This document shows, one piece after another, positions 40,450-53,305 of a DNA stretch of 64,000 nt (the first letter of the stretch is position 1; every line of letters begins with the position of its first letter). The position numbers were made by a program, and so were the translations under genes. The DNA is from Eledone cirrhosa (taxonomy: Eukaryota). The stretch spans positions 18,848,001-18,912,000 of the forward strand of contig OZ024759.1 of the NCBI GenBank assembly GCA_964016885.1, in the 5' to 3' direction. The notes under the pieces were generated by a model. The model was not told the origin of the DNA and made no database searches. It was given only the letters and a program-made list of their open reading frames with translations.

Positions 40450-41300
<851 letters not shown>

Positions 41301-42880
41301 TCTTGACTGGTACTTTATTTTCTTGACTCTGGAACGGTGAAAGACAGAGTTGACCAGCTCAGGATTTGAACACAGAACGTACAAAGAAAAGAAAAAAATG
41401 TCAGATGAGATAATGGAAGGCTTTTGTGTGATGCTCTTAAGTCTCTGCCAACCGAACGCTCTTAGTAATGTGACTAACCTTATTTTATTGAAATAAATCT
41501 CGACATATTTTGGCAGCTGTCGTTAAAATGTGTACTATCTCTGACAATTTCTTTTCTCACGTTAACAGCGCTGAATAGGCTTGGAAAAGTAAATAACATG
41601 TTTTTCTGTTTGATTTATTTTTACTTTTCAAACATCCATGATTTAATTGGCATTCTAAATCCTGAAGTTAGAAATATAATACTGACTCCAAAAGAAATTC
41701 TGAAAAGGAAAGTTAAACCATCTGTATAGAACTATTGATGAGTAAGTAAGCTGAAGATAAATCGATTCAGAATTGGGTAGATGTTTCCAAGCGACTACGA
41801 TGTTGAAGGTTATACTGAATGGATTTAATGGCTATTTAATTGATTTACACCATAATTATTTTTTCTGGACTACCACATTCATTCATTTCTTTGTATTAGA
41901 TAGAAATGTGAATGTAAAATCGTTAAACCCTTGAAAATATAGAATAATATTGTGCTGAATAATGGAATATATTAGAGCAATGGAATATAAAAGTGCCATG
42001 AAAAAACTTTAAGTGAATAATCTTATTATAAAAGCATGAATATCAATAGATTATCTAATGATATCATATCAGATGGGGTTTCCGTTTTTCCCTTTTACTT
42101 AAATACACAATATTAAACAAATCAACGAGAGTAATTCCAATTACACATATTTCATCACGCTTTCAGCATTGACTTCTACGCTGTTTCAATAACTGTGATT
42201 GACGAATTGAATCCATTTTGTGGAAAAAAAACGCACAGAAACCAGCCTAGTTTATATGACAGATTGAATAATATACAATAGCAAAGACAGCTCATTTAAA
42301 TGTCATTATTCAACTTATTCGATCAATCTAAATACAGCCTATAAAATCTATACTAAAGATGTTCCGGATTAAGGAAGACTAGAATGCCTTTCAAACGATA
42401 GATTCAATCATAAAGACTCCGCCTTCGTGTGATGTTAATGGGGCTGTTTTAAACAGAGACATAACATAAACGTTGCTAAAACCCAATAATATAATATAAT
42501 GGACACACTTGATTATGCAAACGATGCATCTATTTCTTATATGTATGAACGTACACTTAGTATCGTAGGAGGAATGGCTGACGTAGCGAATATCCCTAGC
42601 TGTTCTTCACAACACCGCATCCGCCATCTTGTCCTACGGGGCACAGATATGCTGTCCAGACGAGGGTGTAAGTCCACACCTAGTTTTATGTTCTTTCTCT
42701 TTTTTTTTTTTTTTTTTTTTTTGCATCTCACTTTTAATTGTATTTTAAATAAATCTCAGGATTATAGATATGCAGACAGATGTTGCGAAATTGAAACTGG
42801 TGTGTAAATACAAGTAGAGGAATCAATTGACAAACTTCATTCGCTTACCGAGTGGAGGGGAGCTCGTCAAATCGGACCAA

Positions 42881-43010
42881 GGAGGCGCGTGGCTTAATGG
42901 TTAGAGAATTGGATTCGCAATCATGCAGTTGCAAGTTCGATTACCGAACCGGGCGATGCGTTATGTCGATCAGCAAGGCATTTTATATCACGTTGCTCAA
43001 TCCGACAGGA
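42881..43010 (+). mobile_element. tRNA/CORE-type SINE 5' part
   Basis: GGAGGCGCGTGGCTTAATGGTTAG..AGTTCGATTACC..AGCAAGGCATTTTAT.TCACGTTGCTC. Confidence 0.8.
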
Positions 43011-44014
43011 GTTGCTACCAGTAGATAGTAGCAGCAATGGAAAGACCAATGGAAAGAAATACAAGTAAAAACTAAGGATCATACACTACCTTAATGATAT
43101 ATGCCTGGACAATGTTGGAGAACGTTCGCCAACGTGCAGAAACTTAGGCGCAGGCCGCCTGAAGGTCCCAGCGGGGGGAATAGAGAAATTATGATTCATA
43201 AATAAAATTCAGCTCCGATGTAGTGAAATTTATTATCTAAGGTTGATCAATCACAATAATAGGCAGCAAATTAGCCGAGCCGTTAGAACATAGTATTCGT
43301 TCCGGCTCACTGCACTCTCAGTCCAAATCACATTGAGGTGAACTTTGCCTTTCATTGATTCTAGGTTGATAAATATAGTACCAGTCAATTACTGGGGTCG
43401 ATTCATCCTCTATATCTCTTTCCCACTTCTTCTCTATTATCGCGTCTCCTTCTCTGGAAGAAATCGACTGTGTTCAGACCTGGAGATGGAATCTAGTTTA
43501 AGACGAGTACGGTATATACGTATATAATGGTTAGGGTTGGTTGTAGAATTATGATCAATGTTTCCTTGGATGGCATGGATATGGTTTTCATTTGTTGACT
43601 TTCTAATTAAGGCAGATGTCAATCTTAGTTATATGCAAGGTGTATATCAAAAAGGCCATATTTCAAATGGTTATATTTTTTAAACAAACTACCATATAAT
43701 CATGCAGTACCTTGTACAATTTTGTTTCTTTCTTTAGTCCCCTAACTCCCGAGGGAGGGGGGGGGGTCGTATGGGACGCCGGATTGACACACAGTGTATC
43801 TAGGGCATTTTAAAACCTGGATGAGCTCGTCTCCTCTTCAGAACTGAATACAGCAGGTTTCTTCCAGAGTTGAATATATATATATATATATATTTATTAA
43901 AATAACAGATTAAAGTTTAAGCAAAGAATCGCTGCTTTCACCCTTAACGGGATCTTCTGAAACTAACAAAGTCAATCTGTAAACGCAAAACGTAGTCTTC
44001 AATTTTATTATTAT

Positions 44015-44113
<99 letters not shown>

Positions 44114-45092
44114 AGGACAGAGAGAGAGAGAATGGAAGTGTAAAAGTGATATAGGAGAATTTACACCAGTACTAGACTGGTATTTTTTTATCGACCTCGA
44201 ATGGATGAAAGGTAAAGTTGACCTTGGTGAGATTTGAGCTCAGAGAGTCGAGAGTCGGAACGAATGCTGCTGATACGTTTTAATGACTTTGTCAATTCGC
44301 TGCCTTCAACTTGTAAAATATATATCTGAACATCAAGTTTTATTCTTTTTTTATATAACTTTTATAATTTTTACAAAATCATTTACATACTGAGCATTTG
44401 TGAAAATTGCGGATAAAATCGGCTGATTACTTTTGATACACTCAGTGTATTCGATTTATATATTTCGTCGATACACATTGAACGTATATACAGAATATAA
44501 GTTATTATAAATTAGTTGAGACTACGATCAATGTCTATATAAAATACATAAATGGAAAGAATGAATCTTCAGTAGGCGTAACTGTATGTGTGTGCGCATA
44601 TTTATGTGCATGTGTGTGTGTTTCTCTGAGAGTGTGTGTATGTGTGCGTCTGATCCTTATTTTAAGCTTCAATCATATAGATTGTGACTATGACTTTTAC
44701 ATTTAATCGATTTCCAAACAAACACTTTAATTAATGAGACGAACTTTTTTCTTTACTGGCTAAACTATCGAAATCTTTGAATGCACATTTTTAATAGACA
44801 AAAACATAGCAGTTATGAGATGAATCAAGTCTACGATACGTTATTCATTGTTTGAATACAGCTTCACTTATAATCCCAATCCCTGAGAGAGAGACATTAC
44901 TATATATATATATATATATACACATATATATCATTTTCTAAATAATAGCGGGCTATTAAAACTAGTCGAAAGGAAAGATGGCAGACGGAAAACTACGTTT
45001 AAAGTATCTTCGTATTGTCATCCGGGACTGCTATTCATTTCTGAGATTCTCTTGAAGCTAAGTCACTCGCAAAGATAATCCAATAAAAGGTA

Positions 45093-45132
45093 ATATATAT
45101 ATATATATATATGTGTGTGTGTACATTATATA

Positions 45133-45191
<59 letters not shown>

Positions 45192-45390
45192 GTATGTGTA
45201 TAAATATATATGTATATATATTTCTTTAGTCCCCTAACGTGTGTGTGTGTGCCTGCGTGCGTGCGTGTGTGTGCGTGCGTGTGTGTGTGTGTGTGTGTGT
45301 GTTTGTGTGTGTGTGTTTGTGTACATTATATATATATATGTGTATATATATATTTCTTTAGTCCCCTAACGTGTGTGTGTGTGTGCGTGC

Positions 45391-45425
<35 letters not shown>

Positions 45426-45426
45426 C

Positions 45427-45500
<74 letters not shown>

Positions 45501-45502
45501 AT

Positions 45503-45557
<55 letters not shown>

Positions 45558-45683
45558 GTATGTGTATAAATATATATGTATATATATTTCTTTAGTCCCC
45601 TAACGTGTGCGTGCGTGCGTGCGTGCGTGTGTGTCTGTGTGTGTGTGCGTGTGTCCGTGCGTGTGTGTGTATGTGTGTCTGTG

Positions 45684-45722
<39 letters not shown>

Positions 45723-45724
45723 GT

Positions 45725-45759
<35 letters not shown>

Positions 45760-45848
45760 CGTGTGTGCGTGCGTGTGTGTGTGTGTGTGTGCGTGCGTCT
45801 GTGTGTGTGTGTATGTCTGCGTGTGTGTGTGCATTATATATATATATA

Positions 45849-45885
<37 letters not shown>
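45093..45885. repeat. Three-unit higher-order microsatellite array
   Basis: Anchor TTTCTTTAGTCCCCTAACGTG at ~45221, ~45353 and ~45587, separated by variable TG and TA runs. Confidence 0.9.
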
Positions 45886-46164
45886 TTTTCCAGACTTCAA
45901 CTTCATGTTTTAATCTGGTGTATTGCCCTTTGTCTTGGCCCACACCAGTTGCATTTTCTGTAAAAGAGAGTATTATGTTCCAGATAGCAGAGCAGTTTGT
46001 CATGACCATCAGTGTATTCTACCTCGTCTTTGAATCTTAATCTCGCCAGGAGAGAATGTTCTATCTCCATGTATAGAATATATATACGAATATTTTCCAG
46101 TCCATGCAACTCATACAAAAACAGATTTCCCTTGCGAAGTCATACGTACATACACATATTTTTG

Positions 46165-46950
<786 letters not shown>

Positions 46951-47062
46951 CCTACTCAAGCAGATACACAAGCACACATATATATATATAAGTATTTATG
47001 CGTGTGAGTATGTGTGAGTGCCTATGATGTCTATATTCATAGATATATGGAAAGGCACATGA

Positions 47063-47514
47063 CCAACAGCGATATATGCCTGTGAGACATGGAAGAGTAC
47101 GGAAAGTGTATGTAACAAGCTTGATGTATTCCACTGTCGTTGCATTCGGACCATATTGAAAATTTCATGGAGAGACCCCAAGTTAGCAACGAGGAAGTGA
47201 TGAGGAGGTCAGGATTGGAGAGGTTAAGGGACATTGTCCGGAAAAGGAGACGGCGGTTCGCGGGCCACATCCTTCGTTTGCCGGCAGATCGACCTGCTCA
47301 TATTGCCATGGATTGGGTACCAGAAGGTGGCAGGAGAGAACGGGGAAGACCACGAAAAACATGGCGGAGCACATTCAGAGGGAGGACCTGCGGGAGATGG
47401 GAATTACCTGGAGAGGTGCTGGAAGGGCCGCCAGTGACAGGATCAAGTGGAGGAAGCTCGTCGCCCAATGTTCTACAAGGGACTGGAGGAACTAAGACTA
47501 AGACTAAGACTCAG
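47063..47514 (+). mobile_element. 5'-truncated RTE-clade LINE (RT C-terminus, two frameshifts, (GACTAA)n tail)
   Basis: PTAIYACETWK..LDVFHCRCIRTILKISWRD / VSNEEVMRRSG..RRFAGHILR..RGRPRKTW / REDL..DRIKWRKLV; TSD ACATGAC. Confidence 0.92.
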
Positions 47515-47616
47515 ACATGACTTGTGGTCAGTGTGTTAAGCTCGCTATCATCATTTCAGCTATATAACCTTTTCTTTCATTTGTGACAATTGCAATTTAA
47601 TTTATTCCATTTCTCC

Positions 47617-47905
47617 GGGGTATGGCTCTATCATGGCGAGGAGGATTGCGTGTACTGTAAATCCGAGAGAGCATCACCGTCTGGAGTTTTACCCTTAGTA
47701 GGGGCACCGTTGGTGGGCCGGTCTCCGGGGTGGTTCGAGACTAACAGTGACCCGGGGCACGTTGACTCGTCGCCAGGATTGCTGCCCTGTTATTCAACAA
47801 CGCACCTAAGAGAATCCTCAACTTACTACGACACCAGACCACTTCCAGAAATTCCTGTACCAGAAACTTAAATTGAAAACAATCTAGTCCTGGGCGGGAG
47901 GAACT
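47617..47905 (+). mobile_element. RTE 5'-leader-derived element
   Basis: TATCATGGCGAGGAGGATTGCGTG..GAGAGC..GTCTGGAG..CCTTAGTAGGGGCACC..GGTC..GAGACTAA resembles recalled Expander/RTE 5' leaders. Confidence 0.55.
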
Positions 47906-47972
47906 TTAATGTCTTATATTTATGTAAATAATTGCTTTGCAAATAGAAGAAAACAAAAGCTAGTTTTCTTAA

Positions 47973-48158
47973 TAATTGTTTCTACTTTTGGCACAAGGCC
48001 AGCAATTATCCCAGTGTAATACTGGTGCTTTATTTTATCGACCCCCGTAAGGATGAAAGGCAAAGTTAACCTCGGCGGGATTTGAACTCAGACCATAAAG
48101 GGCCGTAACTCTTTGCTGCTAAGCATGGCGTCCGATCCTCTACCGATACTGCCAATCC
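47973..48158 (-). mobile_element. Young major SINE, short form
   Basis: Match to the other copies. Confidence 0.92.
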
Positions 48159-50342
48159 TAATAATGTACTCGAAATACCAGGAGGTATGACCGGTGGATA
48201 GTCCATATTCCAAGGGCCGTGAAATCCTTATTGGGGCGTAGGGGTGCTGTAGCGGCACCCATCCATGTTCAGCTTGAAACATAGAAAAGAAAATAAGAAG
48301 AGCCAGACAAAGAGACAGATCTGGAAAATATAAAAGGCAAAGTTGACCAGTCACGGAACGCAGAGAGTTGCAGCTAATATTACGAAATGTTCTATCCATG
48401 GTTTCTAACGACTCTGCCATTTCGTTGTCTCTGTAGGTAGCATCACCACTGGAAGGACCAATGCATACATTTGACGAAGTTCACCTTTTGCTTTTGAAAA
48501 AATGATATTTGTCATCGTTGTTAATCTGTTTTTGCTTTTTCTATCAGAGTTGGTGGGGAGATGTCCTTGCTCCTCCTACGGCCTCGTGTGCCTACGTGTA
48601 CAGCTCATCTGCAGACTTTCCATTGCTGAAACTTATCTGCTTGTCATAGGATGTCGTAGAAGGTGGTAGGATTTGAACTCATGACGCGCAGTATCGTATC
48701 AAATACCACAACGCTTACCGTTCGATTCTTCTTAAAAGAAATTCCGCTATAGCCACCACATATAGACTGTTGCTTTATTTTATCGACCCTGAAAGAATTA
48801 AAAGCAAATTTGAACTCAGAACGCAGTGACTCGTAACTATAGCTGAAGCATTTGATCGCGATCCTGAACGACTCTGACAGTTCATCGAAAATTCTGCCAA
48901 TTCACATACATTTTTCTATTTTTACTTGGCATCCCAATAAGAAGATATTTATTGGCCGACTTAATGGAAGAGACGTGACGATGCAATGCGGATTAATTGC
49001 AATAAATCATTTGGTTTCTTCACTTTAGATTCAATTTCGTCAGGGTTGATTCTACATTTTGCTACGCTTTCATCGATAGAGCAATTTCAATTCCTCCTTT
49101 TGCAGCAATCTACGCAAATATTGTCTCTTCTAACATTTGTATCCTTGTAGCAAATTAAGAATTCATTCTAATTAAATTTTTTGGAGAGAATACCTTTTAA
49201 TATTCAAGATGTACGTCTTCACACTGAACAATAAATATATAAACATATGCCAAACGCTGTATTAATATTTGATTATATTTATATTGCATTTGTACGTGGA
49301 CACAATAGACATATGAAAGTGATTCGAAAGCGACTCATAATTGATTGTATTTCCTATCTTTTTTTTTTTTCTTCATCCATATTTAGCTTAGCTAATGTGA
49401 TTTCCATCTCAAATCTGCAAGCGCCATTCCTGCGTTTGACATGTGATTAAGGAGGCGAAGTGGTTGAGTTGTAATAACGCCGGATAGTATACTCTGCGGT
49501 CTGAGTTGAAATCCCACCAAGATCAACATTGCCTTTCATCCTCCCGGAGGTCGATAAAATAAGGTACCTGTCAACTATTGGGGGTCGATAGGATCGACTT
49601 TCCCCTTCCTTCCTTCCCTTTTAACGCTGGCCTTATGCCTACACCAGAAATCCATCGATAAAATAAAGTACCAGTCAAGTATTGGGGTCAATACACTTTC
49701 CCCTTCCTTCCCCTCTATCAATGGTGGAAGCAATTAATTGATAAAATCAAGTACCAGTAAAGTACTTGGGTCGATATAACTGTGCTTCAATTAGAAATCA
49801 ATATATGCAGCCGTGATTGCTGCGTTTGACATCTATATATATATAATTTTGAGCGACTTCCGTCCGTCCATCACACAATGTATATGTGCGTGTGTTTGTG
49901 TGAATGTATGTGTGTAGAAGGAAGGAGGGGAATGTGAAAAAACTATAGCAAAACAGCGGTTGGCGTTGCTTTTGCTACGCTGTGTGTGAGTGTATGTGTA
50001 AATGTGTGTTTGTGCAAATGTATGTGTGTGTGTTTGTGTGAATGTATTTGTGTGAATGTATTTCTGAGTGTGTAGTTTTGTAAGTGTGTCTGTGTTTACG
50101 CGTTTATATTTATATATTCATACATATACATGTATGCATATGCACATATACACACACATATACACATACGCATCAGCGTGTTGAAAAAAATACCAGTATA
50201 ATTAAAAACAACAGCGAAGTGAAAGAAAAGTCGGATAGACTTCACCGAGGTCAATATTGCCTTTCAGCCTTTTGAGTTTGATAAAATACCAGTCAAATAC
50301 TGGGTTCGACATTATATTTCTTTCTTACTTCCTTTCTTCCAT

Positions 50343-50379
<37 letters not shown>

Positions 50380-50654
50380 CTCTCCTCTCTTTATCTGGAA
50401 AAAAACTATTGTGTTTACAACTGGAGAAAGGTGGGCTTCGCCATGTTAAACATGTCCAACAGAGCAGCCCTACCGTTCAAACTGGAGTTAATTGTCAATG
50501 ACAAGGTAGAGATTATTTAGTTTAGATATAAAAGGATATTAATGTGATTTTCATCTTAATATTTGCAGCCATTATTCCGCTCATTGACATATGGTTGTTC
50601 TTTTGTTAATGTAAAAGATGTTTATATTTATAAAGTACCACCCTGTAAATCTAT

Positions 50655-50870
50655 TGCGAGAGAGCGTGAGAGACGGAGTAAGAGAGAGATATAGTTAGAG
50701 AGATAGGTAGAGAGAGAGGGGGAGAAAATGGAAAGAAAGAGAGATATGTAGGGAAGGGAGGAGAACGAGGAGAGAAGAGAAAAGAGACAGAGATGGAGAG
50801 AGAGAGAGAGACTGTGGGAGGGATGGGGGGGAGACTGTGGAAAGGGAAGGGGAACGGGAAAAGACAAGAG

Positions 50871-50907
<37 letters not shown>

Positions 50908-51050
50908 TAGATAGATCGAGATGATTGGAGAGAAAGAGTTGGAGAGTGAGATAGAAAGAAGGAAAAAAGAAAGAGAGAGACGGTGGTGGAGGAGAGGAGA
51001 AGAGAGAAGAGAAAAGAGATGAGAAAGGGGAATGAGAGGAATTGAAAGAA
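50655..51050. repeat. GA-rich polypurine tract
   Basis: Read directly. Confidence 0.9.
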
Positions 51051-51674
51051 TCTAAAAGCAATGAAAATATAAGTCTAAGGACGCATAATTGAGAAATAAA
51101 TGTTGTTGATCTATCTTTCTCTATTGTAATATATCTATATTCCACGAGTAATTCATAATTATTCTTTATTTCCATTAAGGAGAATGCCAAAGGCATTTGA
51201 AATTAATATTCTGACAATGTGTATAGTTTAAGTCTAATTCAATATATACATTCGTTGTTGAGTCTTCTTACTATTGTGAGACTATTCCCAGATCAACCAC
51301 ATTAATATTAGATTATGAAACTCAGTTAATATCAGCCTCTTACGACTAATGTAATAATTAACTGTATATAGAAATCCACCTGAGGTAATATTCACTCAGG
51401 TGTTTGCATACCTTAATGTTAACTTTACAATTTGCCGCAATATAAAAGCGCACATTTATGTATTGACAATTTATGTTTGAATAGCCTGGGTAATTGCATT
51501 AATAAACTCGAGCTGAGTAAGTAGTGCACTGGCTATTGAATTTAAATTACGAAGAAATTACATAACTTGCTTATTTCTATATCTTATCTACTATCTGAGG
51601 AAATATTGTTTCTTTCACAAACACTGAACATAGCAGGTGAATGTATATTAATATTCTGTTAGTTTGAAATTTAT

Positions 51675-51995
51675 GTGGTCAATTAACAGAGTCGTTAGAA
51701 CGTCGTATAGAATGCTTTGCAGTATTCGTTTCGACTCTGTACTCTCTGAGGCCTAATCCCGCCGAGGTTAACTTTGCCTTTCATCCATTCAAGATTGATA
51801 AACAATGTACCATTCTAGTACTGAGGTCGATTTTTCCTCTATATCTCTTTCTCATTTCCATTCTCTCACTCCCTATTCTTCTCTGAAAGAAATCTGCTGT
51901 ATTCAGACCTGGAGTGGTGATGGGCTTCGCCAGATTTTAAAATGTTGTATGTGAAGGCGGCGCCCATAAGCCTCATTCAGAAGTTACGGGACCAT
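51675..51995 (+). mobile_element. Chimeric SINE, best-preserved copy
   Basis: Major-SINE head and body, CT linker, then GAAATCTGCTGTATTCAGACCTGGAG..GGCGCCC..AGTTACGGGACC. Confidence 0.85.
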
Positions 51996-52306
51996 GCAAG
52001 CATACATATTGATGGTGGTTGATTAGCAGAATCGCTAGAGCGTCAAATAATATACCATTGCAATATTTGTTCCAGCCCATTACCTTCTGAGTTCAAAATA
52101 TGCCGAGTTCAACTTTGCCTTTCATCCTTTCAAGTTCGATAAAATGAAATACCAATTAAGTACTGGGTTTGATTCAATCAACTCTGTTCTTCACCCAAAT
52201 TTGCTGGCATTGTACCTAAATCAGAAATCAATACTTGTTCTGGCTCTTTAAACTCTGAGTTCAAACCCCGCCAATGTTGCCTTTCATCTTACTGGATGGT
52301 CTCCAA

Positions 52307-52593
52307 ATTTTAAAAGTCTGTCTCGAGCCCGGGGGCTCATCAGGCCGGTGCTTATCCTGGTTTCCGTGACATGAAGCAACTGAGAGTACAAGACTCCCCC
52401 ACTGGACAGAATACCAGTCCATCGCAGGGTTAAACCTCCAGTTATTACTGGTACTCATTTTCAGCTAAGTACACTTGAGCAACATGAAATGAAGTGTTTT
52501 GCTCACGAACACAACACGCACCCCAGCCAGGAATAGAACCCTCGACATTATGATCGTAAGTGCAACACCCTTACCACTAGGCCACGTGCCTCC
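52307..52593 (-). mobile_element. tRNA + CORE + V-domain-like SINE inserted in a major SINE
   Basis: GGAGGCACGTGGCCTAGTGG head; AACCCTGCGATGGACTGG..GCTTCATG..GGAAACC.GGATAAGC.CCGGCCTGATGAGCC 3' part. Confidence 0.75.
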
Positions 52594-52769
52594 ACATACT
52601 GGGTGGGGGTTGGGGGGGCATTAAATAAAGTATTAGTCAAAAATTGAGATTGATTTCATTGATCAACTTTTCCTTTCCCACAATTTACAAATTTTTCGGC
52701 CTTGTACCTAAATTAGACATCAATTTCCTGTTAGATTTGGAGCTTATCACCTAACCATGTTGTTGGATC

Positions 52770-53092
52770 TTCGTCGGTTCCGACGACGAGTGTTGTATTC
52801 CATTTGTTCGAATATCGGAATAAGATGGCTCCTGAAATTAATGTGCAAGTGACTGAGCATTCCATATGCATAAGCACGTATAACGTAGCTCTTGTGGAGA
52901 CAAAGCGTAATACAGTGTGTGACAAGGTTGACCCTTTGAATTATAGATACAATTCATCTTTTTACCAGCTGAGAGGAATGGAGCAACGTGAATAATCTGT
53001 CTTGCTCAAGGGCGCAATGCTGTGCCAAGAATTGAACTTACGACCTTACAATCGTGAGCTGAACACACAAACCACTATTTCTTGCGCCTTCA
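52770..53092 (-). mobile_element. tRNA/CORE-type SINE (related copies ~53800-54030, ~60320-60580, ~25420-25515)
   Basis: GTCTTGCTCAAGG..CAATGC, GAAATTAATGTGCAAGTGACTGAGCA.TCC and tRNA head on the minus strand. Confidence 0.8.
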
Positions 53093-53117
53093 CTTCCTAA
53101 CCTTATCATAGCAATAA

Positions 53118-53305
53118 TACGAGGGTAGGTTGAAAAGGTCATAGACTAACTATAAAGGTGTGATGCTAGAGCTGTAAAATCCCGTATGCATAAATTTCAA
53201 CTCTTCTTATTGATAACTGCATTGTTTCTCTCCGAGGACTATGTTGAAAAATAAATTCCATGAGAAAATCTTGGTCAGATTATGAACTTTCCAGCTACCC
53301 TTGTA
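53118..53305. mobile_element. Mariner-type MITE, intact
   Basis: TA-CGAGGGTAGGTTGAAAAGGTCATA ... TATGAACTTTCCAGCTACCCTTG-TA. Confidence 0.85.

Noticed and set aside
42499-42807. 102-aa ATG-initiated ORF as a gene
   Set aside because: No recognisable domain and it runs through a poly-T tract.
52318-52350. CTGATGA-GCCC CC GGGC on the minus strand as an HHR
   Set aside because: Followed by TCGAGAC rather than GAAA, with no stem I or III; better explained as the SINE 3' stem-loop.
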